DNA of 64,000 bases from Candidatus Poseidoniales archaeon (GTDB taxonomy: Archaea; Thermoplasmatota; Poseidoniia; Poseidoniales; Poseidoniaceae): the NCBI GenBank assembly GCA_038105035.1, contig JAYOBT010000003.1:4379-68378 (forward strand). Reading direction: 5' to 3'. A program made the position numbers and the translations under genes. Positions within the stretch are counted from its first letter, which is position 1. Each line of letters begins with the position of its first letter. The notes beneath the pieces are model-generated. The model did not search any database and was not told the origin of the DNA. It was given only the letters and a program-made list of their open reading frames with translations. Positions 39,722 to 48,357 of the stretch are shown here, piece by piece.

Positions 39722-42700
39722 ATGGCGAACCGCATTCTTGCACTGCTTGTTTTGTTTCTCATGGCAGGTTCATCTGCCGTGCACGTTGTCAGCAACAACA
39801 CAACGGAACTCGACGAACTGCCAACCATTGAGCAATCCTCGGGTACGACAAGCTCCACAGATGTGCCAAGTTGGCGTATAGGTGACAAATGGACCTATGA
39901 GACACAATTTGATGTTTCTCAGCTGCTTGCACAAGCCAACGTATCTGCAAGCCTCAACACATTAACCGGAGATACTGTTTACGAGATTGATGACATCTTC
40001 TTCATCAATGTTGACGGAATCCAAACCCTTGCCTACAAGATGCTCATTGAAGGAGAATTCTCATCAGGAAACAATGGCGCTACGCTTGAAGGCGTGAGTG
40101 GAAGACTCGACATTGATTACTCTGGAGAGGACATCGTTCGAGTTCGAGATCTCGCAGTCATCAATTCGGAATTTGAATTGGACGTCGACTTTGCACCATT
40201 CAATCTTGGCTTCTTATCTCAGAAATTAGCCACAATATCATTTGACACCTACTACGATCCACCCAAAGAAAAATACGATTTCCCAATGAGAACGGGTGAC
40301 CAATGGTACATGCCCTTCATGTCGGGGACCAGTGTAAGCGGCTCATCGGATTACTTTGACCCAACGTCGTTTGATACACAAGGGGCTGAAAACACATCTT
40401 GGCAGGTCACCAAAGATGGTATTCCGACCGAAGACGGACAGAATATCAAATACGAAGGCTGTGATGATTCCTACAAGATCAACGAATGGAACGCTACTGG
40501 TGTAAGTGCTGGATTCAATTGGTATTGTCCAGCTGTTCGATTCAACTCTTGGATTCGAATCTCAAACGCTGCTGGATTCACGATTGATTGGCTGTTGAAA
40601 GATTACGAGCCTGTTGATTCGTTCGGCGTTGACAAGAGGAAGAACCCCGGTGGCAGAAACGTCGATATCGAGGTTGAAACACAATTCATCGCAACATTAC
40701 CAGATTCAATGTCAAAAATTTACGCAACATACTCGGTCGCTCCCAATGGCATTCCCGAGGTCAACAAAAACCTCCAATTGCGTTACGAAATGGCGGGAAC
40801 GCTGATCAATCCAACCACCAACGGTAGCGGACAGATTGAAGAAACAATCAACGTTTCAAATGTCGTTGATGACACGATTGCTAGCGACGATTTTAGCAGC
40901 AATGGCGTGATTGTCTGGGATCCAGTCCAGGAAATTATTGGCGTTGCTACAGTCGTCATCGACTTGTCTGTTGTGGGCATCGATTTGGTTGCTCAGGAAG
41001 ATTCCATCATCGTCACACGAACACGCAACGGAGAAGTTGCTACACTCTCCAAATCAATCGGCTACAACGCATTGCCTGGTGACGAACTTTCGTTCTCCTT
41101 GCCAGCCCAAAACAGAGGTGTTTTGCCGTCCCCTTCAACTGAAATGGAAATCGTCGTACCAGATGGTGATTCAAGCCGACAGGCTGTTCCATCCATCGAT
41201 GCATACAGTGAGCAACGAATTGTCATCGACTGGATTGTACCCGAGGAAACCACCATCGGCAATCAAACACTGACGTTCACCGTCGACCCAGATGAACTGA
41301 TCACAGGAGATGCCAATCGAAGCAACAACCAAGCAACAGTTGACGTCTTTATCGGTCGTGCCCCGAATGCCTCCATCTCCATAGATACTGGAAATTACAC
41401 ATTCGAGAACGTCTTGATTGACGCCCGGTCCTCTTTCGATCCTGACGGTGGGGACGTAGAGTGCCGATTTGAAATCGAGTCTCGACCAGGTCTTGTCGAT
41501 GTTATCACAACACCAGACTGTGCCATGAATTGGAACTGGTCCGACGATGGTGACTGGGAGATACGGACTGTTGTCACAGACGATGAGCTTGATACAACTG
41601 TATTGATCAGCAATGTCACCATCTTAAACAGAGCACCGTACATCAACCTCAGTCACCCGGCAGAAGTTGCTGTCGAATCCTCGATTACCATTGATGCAAG
41701 TGAAAGTGGAGACCTCGATACAATATCTCCATCGGGCCAGCAGGTCAGTGTATCTTGGCCTGATTTGAATTGTATCGAAGGGTTAACCCAACCGACGTGT
41801 ACATTCACGCCACTTGAAGAGGGTACGATGCCGATCCGTGCCATTGCAACCGATGACGATGGTGAGGAAACCGAAGTGCTCTCATCGATTGAAGTTCTCA
41901 ATGTCGCCCCGACCATTGGAGAAATAGGCGTGTGGATTTCAGGCGTAAACACGCCCTTCGATGCAAACGGAACGTGGATACTACAAGAAGATCAAACGGT
42001 TATCTTGCGCGCTCAAGGCGATGATACGCTCAACGACCGTGACGGACTTATCATCGATTGGAACCTCAGCGATGTTCTCGATAATCTCACCGTTTCAACC
42101 GATGGATCAGCCTCAGATGTTGCAACTTCATGGCCGACGTCAGGTGAACATATCATCTCAGTTCGAGCTGTCGATGATGATGGAGCAACTTCTTCGACAT
42201 CCCTGGCAAAAGTCACGATTGTCAACGTACCTCCAACCATGACCGCTGAAGCAAATTTCCTCAATGCTGTCAACAATGGCATCACAGTATCTGAAGACGA
42301 CAAAGTGGTCTTCGACGTCGCTGTCGATGACACCGCTTCCGACAAGGATTCATTGGAAGTTTGCTGGGATATTGATGGAACACGAGATGCAGATCTTGAT
42401 GGAACCCTAAACAACGATTGCGATGTGAGTGGTACTCATTTTGAATACACATGGGAAACCAGCAATCCTCAGTTCCAAACCGTGACGGCATGGGTGAAAG
42501 ATGACGATGGGGCCATGGCTTCAATCTCTGCTGTGGTGAAGGTTCAGAACGTGTTGCCAAGCGCTGAAATTTCGTTTGCGAATGGTTCGCTCGACAATTT
42601 GGTCAAGGGCGATACGCTCAATCTCACGTCTGATGGGACCTTTGACTCAGACTCGGACATTTTGAATATGCTCTACGTCTGGAAATTTGAATGGAGAGGC

Positions 42701-43306
42701 GAAAGCGACTTGGGAGAAACAGGCCCTGTTGTATCCATTGCAAATTTGCCAGTAGGTACATGGGACGTCAACCTCACTGTTACAGATGATGATCTAGCGT
42801 CTTCTACCACGACCATTACCATCGTTGTTTCAGAACCACCTCCTGAAGGATTCCTTGAGGAATTCAGCGATACACTGGGCGTGTCTCAGACCATGTCGAT
42901 TGTCATCATAGGCCTCGTTGTTTTGGTGATCGTGTTGGCATCGTTCCTCTTGGTCACTCGTCGTTCACCTCCGGATTTGGTCGAAACACCGTCAAACAAA
43001 GCATGGGATACAACTCCGTTACCGAGTTACGAACCCTCGGAAATGCCTGCATATGGACAGCCTGCACAACAAGCCCCTGCACAACCTGAACCCATCGCTG
43101 AGCAGCCTGTCACGAATCAAGGGCCACCACTTCCAGCCACTGGTCTACCGGCTGGTTGGACCATGGAACAATGGGCGTATTATGGTGAGCAGTACCTTGC
43201 TGCAAACCAAGCACCTGCACCCACCTATCAACCGACACCTTCAATGACTACACCATCGCCTCAGAATACGAATCTGTCCGACCTACTGGATGATTTGGAC
43301 CTGTGA
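39722..43306 (+). CDS. Large membrane-anchored PKD/CARDB-domain surface protein (paralog 2)
   Basis: Same architecture as the upstream gene: PSWRIGDKW, YDFP, WYCPAV, VDPDE..NRSNN, VTDDD, TM and tail GPPLPATGLPAGWTMEQWAYYGEQYL. Confidence 0.85.
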   Translation: MANRILALLVLFLMAGSSAVHVVSNNTTELDELPTIEQSSGTTSSTDVPSWRIGDKWTYETQFDVSQLLAQANVSASLNTLTGDTVYEIDDIFFINVDGIQTLAYKMLIEGEFSSGNNGATLEGVSGRLDIDYSGEDIVRVRDLAVINSEFELDVDFAPFNLGFLSQKLATISFDTYYDPPKEKYDFPMRTGDQWYMPFMSGTSVSGSSDYFDPTSFDTQGAENTSWQVTKDGIPTEDGQNIKYEGCDDSYKINEWNATGVSAGFNWYCPAVRFNSWIRISNAAGFTIDWLLKDYEPVDSFGVDKRKNPGGRNVDIEVETQFIATLPDSMSKIYATYSVAPNGIPEVNKNLQLRYEMAGTLINPTTNGSGQIEETINVSNVVDDTIASDDFSSNGVIVWDPVQEIIGVATVVIDLSVVGIDLVAQEDSIIVTRTRNGEVATLSKSIGYNALPGDELSFSLPAQNRGVLPSPSTEMEIVVPDGDSSRQAVPSIDAYSEQRIVIDWIVPEETTIGNQTLTFTVDPDELITGDANRSNNQATVDVFIGRAPNASISIDTGNYTFENVLIDARSSFDPDGGDVECRFEIESRPGLVDVITTPDCAMNWNWSDDGDWEIRTVVTDDELDTTVLISNVTILNRAPYINLSHPAEVAVESSITIDASESGDLDTISPSGQQVSVSWPDLNCIEGLTQPTCTFTPLEEGTMPIRAIATDDDGEETEVLSSIEVLNVAPTIGEIGVWISGVNTPFDANGTWILQEDQTVILRAQGDDTLNDRDGLIIDWNLSDVLDNLTVSTDGSASDVATSWPTSGEHIISVRAVDDDGATSSTSLAKVTIVNVPPTMTAEANFLNAVNNGITVSEDDKVVFDVAVDDTASDKDSLEVCWDIDGTRDADLDGTLNNDCDVSGTHFEYTWETSNPQFQTVTAWVKDDDGAMASISAVVKVQNVLPSAEISFANGSLDNLVKGDTLNLTSDGTFDSDSDILNMLYVWKFEWRGESDLGETGPVVSIANLPVGTWDVNLTVTDDDLASSTTTITIVVSEPPPEGFLEEFSDTLGVSQTMSIVIIGLVVLVIVLASFLLVTRRSPPDLVETPSNKAWDTTPLPSYEPSEMPAYGQPAQQAPAQPEPIAEQPVTNQGPPLPATGLPAGWTMEQWAYYGEQYLAANQAPAPTYQPTPSMTTPSPQNTNLSDLLDDLDL

Positions 43307-43863
43307 TAGCAATGGGAAATCTTTGGCAGTTCTTTGGACTCCCCGACCCTGATGCAGGCGGCGTAGCTCGAGTTACCGAGGCACCAGCCACTGCGCAGAG
43401 AAGTCAATTGTCCAGTGAACCTGTTGAAGCAGTAACACAAGTTGTTGAAGAGACGCTAGAACCTCCAACTGACAGGCCCACGACGTTTGAGTGGAATGGA
43501 CCAGTGACTCCTGACGGACAGCCATTTCATGATCTGTCTCAACATAATGGACGGATTCTGATTCGACCGACACGCGCACTACGTTATGTTAAACCAGATG
43601 AAAAACATCGCATCCACACAAGAGACATCGCTCAACGAGTGTTGCAGGGAGATACGGTGATTGTTGATCTAAGGACGTTGGTCCACATGGAATCCCATCA
43701 ACAGGCCTGTCGACGAGAATTACGAGTTATGTGTGAACAAGTTGGTGTTGGCGTGTTTGCCTTGGATTCGGAGGATAAGTTGCTTATGATTCCAGGGGCT
43801 GATGTCGTTGTTGACATCGAAAAGCACGAACTTGGACTCACACGATTGCTTAACGTATCCTGA
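43303..43863 (+). CDS. SepF-like cell division protein
   Basis: Short amphipathic N-terminus (MGNLWQFFGL), a disordered linker, then IAQRVLQGDTVIVDL..LLMIPG..V resembling the SepF core. Start is GTG 43303 or ATG 43312. Confidence 0.6.
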   Translation: MIAMGNLWQFFGLPDPDAGGVARVTEAPATAQRSQLSSEPVEAVTQVVEETLEPPTDRPTTFEWNGPVTPDGQPFHDLSQHNGRILIRPTRALRYVKPDEKHRIHTRDIAQRVLQGDTVIVDLRTLVHMESHQQACRRELRVMCEQVGVGVFALDSEDKLLMIPGADVVVDIEKHELGLTRLLNVS

Positions 43864-43872
43864 GGTGAAAAA

Positions 43873-45159
43873 ATGGATAGGCGTCAGCAATTCACAGGTT
43901 CTTATCTCGAACTCTTTACCTCATCGATGTTGTTTTTCATTGCCTTGACATTCTTACTGGCTTGGCTAACGTTTTTTTCGCCATATGAATTGTTTGAAGA
44001 TGAAGAACGTCTTGCTATGATGAACTATGTTCTCATCACAATGTTTGCTCTGGGCCCTGTCATGGCCATTCTAGCAGGAATTGCGTTTGATACATTGCCG
44101 CTTGTGTACAGTGTCCCGTCCTTTGAACGTACAACAATGCGACATTTTCTCCAACTCAATGCACTTGGGCAATTGTTCATTCATGCTGGGATTTACATTG
44201 GTAACTGGAATTTGTTCATTGAATTCTCAGGAATCGGAATCACACTGATGTGCCTTGCATTGCTAACGCTAACTCCCTCATCGATTGACATTGTGAAACA
44301 GAAGAGCAACTCGGGCGAGGTGGGAATCTTTTCTTACTCACCCGGTCTTGTTCTTGTCTTCTGCTCTTTGTGTATTGCAGCCACATGGTTTATGCGCGAT
44401 GTTCCCGGCATGATCGAGGTAGGGGTCGCCTTCATCGTCGGGATTTTCTGCATGATGATGATGTCAACAGTCATGCTTTCGCATTTCAATCGAAGATTGG
44501 GTTGGAATGTAACAAACCCGAAAACCCTTCCAATTCGTTTCTTCATCCTGATTTTCCTAGGCATTGGCTACGTTGCAGCGAGCTTCCTCCGGGCGAGAGG
44601 AGCAATCTCAGAGGATTTGATTGACATCGGTTTTTCAGTGCTTCTTCTGAATGTGTTTTTGATGATGAATCCATTGAAGATCTTACGATACTCGATTGGT
44701 AAATTTGCGAAACCGCATTCTCGATTTGTATTCGTAGGATATCTGCTCCTACCCCTTCTCTCGCTCGTTTCAATCGCACCTATTTGGACGGGTCACGAAG
44801 GCATGGCGAACATTCAACCAGCACACTGGTTGTTGATTGCCTATTCTTGTTTCTTCGTGGTGTGTGGATTTGCTATCTATCTCCATGAGGACCATTTGCA
44901 TTATTCCCCTTCAACCAGGATTACACACTGGCACCTCGTCTTGATGTTCCTCGCCTGTGGTGTACTTATGACATGGTCGCTGTATGACGGGGCCGTTTTG
45001 CTTGATGGAGAATATTTGCCAGTTTATGTTTGGATTGGAACACAAAGTCTTGCATCGTTCTTGCTTGCCATCCTTTTTATTCGTCATACTGTTTTCCCAT
45101 CGGACAACTGGCATCGCATGCCTATGTTCTACGATCGACTCATGGAAAGTAAGGATTGA
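43873..45159 (+). CDS. Polytopic membrane protein of unknown function (~12 TM)
   Basis: Long, highly hydrophobic ORF preceded by GAGGTG (SD-like). Confidence 0.7.
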   Translation: MDRRQQFTGSYLELFTSSMLFFIALTFLLAWLTFFSPYELFEDEERLAMMNYVLITMFALGPVMAILAGIAFDTLPLVYSVPSFERTTMRHFLQLNALGQLFIHAGIYIGNWNLFIEFSGIGITLMCLALLTLTPSSIDIVKQKSNSGEVGIFSYSPGLVLVFCSLCIAATWFMRDVPGMIEVGVAFIVGIFCMMMMSTVMLSHFNRRLGWNVTNPKTLPIRFFILIFLGIGYVAASFLRARGAISEDLIDIGFSVLLLNVFLMMNPLKILRYSIGKFAKPHSRFVFVGYLLLPLLSLVSIAPIWTGHEGMANIQPAHWLLIAYSCFFVVCGFAIYLHEDHLHYSPSTRITHWHLVLMFLACGVLMTWSLYDGAVLLDGEYLPVYVWIGTQSLASFLLAILFIRHTVFPSDNWHRMPMFYDRLMESKD

Positions 45160-45713
45160 ACATCGTTAAGGAAATCGAGCGATGACTGGGTAAATCCCAA
45201 CACAGCCGGCTCCGTTCCTTCAATCAAATGAGCGTACTTTCCCATCATACCAGCCAAGTCATAGCCTCCTGCTTTACCAACCCATGAGTTTGATTCGATA
45301 AGTTCGATAAGAGCATCATCAGAAAAGTCTTCGATTTCAACAACAGCATGTTCGATGCTTGAGTGCCAATTGCCCATTGCATGCACCATCGTTGCGGACC
45401 ATACGCGGTGACGGCGCCCTCGCAAACGCAGAAGCATAGCAACTGCTTGTTCTTTCGAAGATGGTTTTCCCATTGCAGCTTGTTCATCATCGGGATCCTC
45501 GACAAGCGTATCCGATACGATTACGACATCGTATTCCTCATCGAATGAGACTGCATTTGCTTTACGTAGGGCCACTTCTTTCACCTGGCCAGAGAGAATT
45601 TGCCGAGGGACGGATTCATCCACACCTTCAATCGCAACTTGTTCGACGTTTGCAAAGCGCTCTCGAAGAATGGCCCCACGTCGCTCAGATGCAGAAGCAA
45701 GGAGGATGCGCAT
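45129..45713 (-). CDS. maf: Maf-family nucleoside triphosphate pyrophosphatase
   Basis: ILLASASERR, VDES, A.RKA, SDT.V, GKP, L.GR.H.V and GKAGGY. Confidence 0.9.
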   Translation of the reverse strand: MRILLASASERRGAILRERFANVEQVAIEGVDESVPRQILSGQVKEVALRKANAVSFDEEYDVVIVSDTLVEDPDDEQAAMGKPSSKEQAVAMLLRLRGRRHRVWSATMVHAMGNWHSSIEHAVVEIEDFSDDALIELIESNSWVGKAGGYDLAGMMGKYAHLIEGTEPAVLGFTQSSLDFLNDVQSLLSMSRS

Positions 45714-45810
45714 AACCAACACACGTCACATCAACCACATCACATTTTGCAAACAAATTGGGGGTGAATTTCAAGTGTTGAATCGTGTTCCTCCAATATG
45801 AGGCGGAACT

Positions 45811-46530
45811 ATGGACATCATGGAACGAATTCCCACACACGTTGAAGGACTCGATGAGAACATGCAAGGTGGCATTCCAAAGGGACATATCTGCATCGTC
45901 GCAGGTGCATCCGGTGCAATGAAGTCGAGTGTTACGTTCTCAATGCTTTACAACGCAGTCTTGTACGGGGAAACGAGTGGAATTTACGTCACGCTTGAAC
46001 AAGGAAAAGATTCCTTGCGGGCACACATGTCCAACATGGGTATGAACGTTGACGACGCTCGTGTGCGCAACCGTATTGCAATTATTGATTTATCAGACCT
46101 TCGCGTTCAACTCGACGAACAAGGGATGAGCAATCGTGTTGATTGGATGGGTCAGCTGATTAAGCAACTCACAAACTACAGAAAATCCATTGGCTTCGAA
46201 CTCCTTGTTTTCGACTCGCTTGGTGCGTTCTTCACACTCACCAAAATGGAGAATCCTCGTGATGAGATCTTCAGACTTTTCGAAGCAGTACGTCGTCTCG
46301 AACTTACTTCCTTCTTCATTTGTGAAATGACCGGTGAAAATCACAGGCAATTTGGTGAGTATGGCGTAGAAGATTATCTCTCTGACGGCGTTATTCACCT
46401 TGTTATGGATCGCAAAGAGGACGATGTACAACGAAAACTCGGCATCATTAAGATGCGTCACACTCGGCATGCACTGGGTTACAAGCCTTTCAATTGGAAA
46501 CAAGAAGAACAGCGATTTACTGTTCTTTGA
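45811..46530 (+). CDS. KaiC/RAD55-like single-domain RecA-family ATPase
   Basis: GLDE...GGIP.G, Walker A variant GASGAMKS, YVTLEQ, LVFDS, DGVI.L and R.L.IIKMR.T.H. Confidence 0.9.
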   Translation: MDIMERIPTHVEGLDENMQGGIPKGHICIVAGASGAMKSSVTFSMLYNAVLYGETSGIYVTLEQGKDSLRAHMSNMGMNVDDARVRNRIAIIDLSDLRVQLDEQGMSNRVDWMGQLIKQLTNYRKSIGFELLVFDSLGAFFTLTKMENPRDEIFRLFEAVRRLELTSFFICEMTGENHRQFGEYGVEDYLSDGVIHLVMDRKEDDVQRKLGIIKMRHTRHALGYKPFNWKQEEQRFTVL

Positions 46531-48348
46531 TCATTCAACCGTTACTGATTTCGCAAGGTTGCGAGGACGGTCAACATCATTCTCCAAGGCCAATGCCGCT
46601 TGATAGGCAATGAGTTGTGTTGGAAGCACACTCAACAATGGTGTTAACATAGGCATCGTTGATGGAATTGGAATACTTACATCCGCTATTTCTGAGATAG
46701 CATCGCCTTCCTCGTGGATCAAGATGATCTTTGCACCGCGCGCTTTGCATTCATGAATGGCATTCAAGGTTTTATCTTGAACACCATCGTTCGGTGCAAT
46801 GACAACAACGGGTGAATTCTCTTCAATCAACGCAATTGGCCCATGCTTCATTTCACCGGCAGGGTAAGCGAGGCACGGAATGTAGGCGATCTCCATTAGT
46901 TTGAGCGCACCCTCAGATGCGACAGGAGATGAGATGCCTCTACCCAGAAACAAGACACTTTTCGCCTTTGTAACCAATCCAACTGCTTCTTCAATGGGAC
47001 CGGGTTTGTCAAGATAACTTCGTATTTTTTCTGGGAGTGTGCGCATTTCACGGATAATCGATTTCCCCTTCGTTTTAGAAAGATGGCGGCTTCGACCGAG
47101 TTGTAGAGCGAACAACGCTAAGGCTCCGACCATATTGGTAAACGCCTTTGTTGAAGCAACGGATTGTTCTGGCCCAGAATGTATGTATACGCCTTTGCCG
47201 CATTGCCTTGCTATACTTGAACCGACAACGTTCACGATGCCATAAACATCCGCCCCCTTGCGTTGAATTTCCTTGACTGCTGAGAGCGTGTCGGCCGTTT
47301 CTCCGGATTGAGAAATGGCTAAATGAAGTGCTTTAGGATTGATAACTGGGTCGTTGGCATTGAATTCACTCGCCACGTGAGATACCGCAGGAATTCTAGC
47401 CCATTGTTCAATCAGAATCTGGCCAATCTGAGCGGCATGCAAGGCCGTACCACAACCGATGAGGCGAACGTGCGGGAGTTGCGCGAGATCTTGTGGTTGT
47501 ACTTGCAAACCACCGAGTACGGATGTTCCCTCTGCATGACGTAAGCGACCCGAAATACAGTGCTGTAAGGATTGAGATTGTTCATGTATCTCCTTCAACA
47601 TGAAATGGGGATAATCCCCTAAATCGCTTTCTCCCCATTCCTCTTCTAACTGGAGATGGGAAGATTCAACCTCTTTGCCGTCGATTCGCATTACCTGAAG
47701 ATCTTGATCATCAACCTTTGCAATTTGTCCGTCTTCGAGCGCTACCAATTTGTCAGTATGCTCGCGAATCGCATGAGGATCGCTGGAGATGAACATCTCA
47801 TTCTTTCCCCGACCGATGATGAGAGGTGAACCATTCCGAGCGCACAGAACATAGTCGTAGTCTTCAAACAAAACACATACACCCCATGTCCCTCTCGCCA
47901 TTGAAAGAACACTCTGAAGCGCTTCAAGTGGCGCATCACCTTTCTCAAGTGCCATCGAGATGTAATGGCAGAACACTTCTGAATCGGTTTCAGAATTGAG
48001 TTGTACGCCTACGCTTTCAAGACGCTTACGAAGAGCATCCGAGTTTTGCAGAATACCATTGTGAACGATAGCCACTTTTCCATCGTTACTGAGATGAGGG
48101 TGCGCATTTTCTTTGGTGACCGCACCATGCGTAGCCCAACGCGTGTGGGCGATGCCCATCGAACCCTTGAATTTCGGTAATGACGAAGCCATTTCGGAAA
48201 TTTTTCCAATATCTTTGTACGATTGCAAATGTCCGTTCTTGACAACCACGCCACTTGAGTCATACCCGCGGTATTCAAGACGCATCAATCCTTTGACAAG
48301 CAAGGATGAGGCATTGCGGTGACCGATGTAGCCAAAGATTCCACACAT
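46531..48348 (-). CDS. glmS: Glutamine--fructose-6-phosphate aminotransferase
   Basis: MCGIFG, LEYRGYDS, HTRWATHG, HNG, SQSGETADT, EGALK, E.KHGP and PRNLAKSVTVE. Confidence 0.98.
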   Translation of the reverse strand: MCGIFGYIGHRNASSLLVKGLMRLEYRGYDSSGVVVKNGHLQSYKDIGKISEMASSLPKFKGSMGIAHTRWATHGAVTKENAHPHLSNDGKVAIVHNGILQNSDALRKRLESVGVQLNSETDSEVFCHYISMALEKGDAPLEALQSVLSMARGTWGVCVLFEDYDYVLCARNGSPLIIGRGKNEMFISSDPHAIREHTDKLVALEDGQIAKVDDQDLQVMRIDGKEVESSHLQLEEEWGESDLGDYPHFMLKEIHEQSQSLQHCISGRLRHAEGTSVLGGLQVQPQDLAQLPHVRLIGCGTALHAAQIGQILIEQWARIPAVSHVASEFNANDPVINPKALHLAISQSGETADTLSAVKEIQRKGADVYGIVNVVGSSIARQCGKGVYIHSGPEQSVASTKAFTNMVGALALFALQLGRSRHLSKTKGKSIIREMRTLPEKIRSYLDKPGPIEEAVGLVTKAKSVLFLGRGISSPVASEGALKLMEIAYIPCLAYPAGEMKHGPIALIEENSPVVVIAPNDGVQDKTLNAIHECKARGAKIILIHEEGDAISEIADVSIPIPSTMPMLTPLLSVLPTQLIAYQAALALENDVDRPRNLAKSVTVE

Positions 48349-48357
48349 GGTATCATC

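Noticed and set aside
45811..46530. Circadian clock interpretation of the KaiC-like gene
   Set aside because: Single domain, with no kaiA or kaiB in the window.
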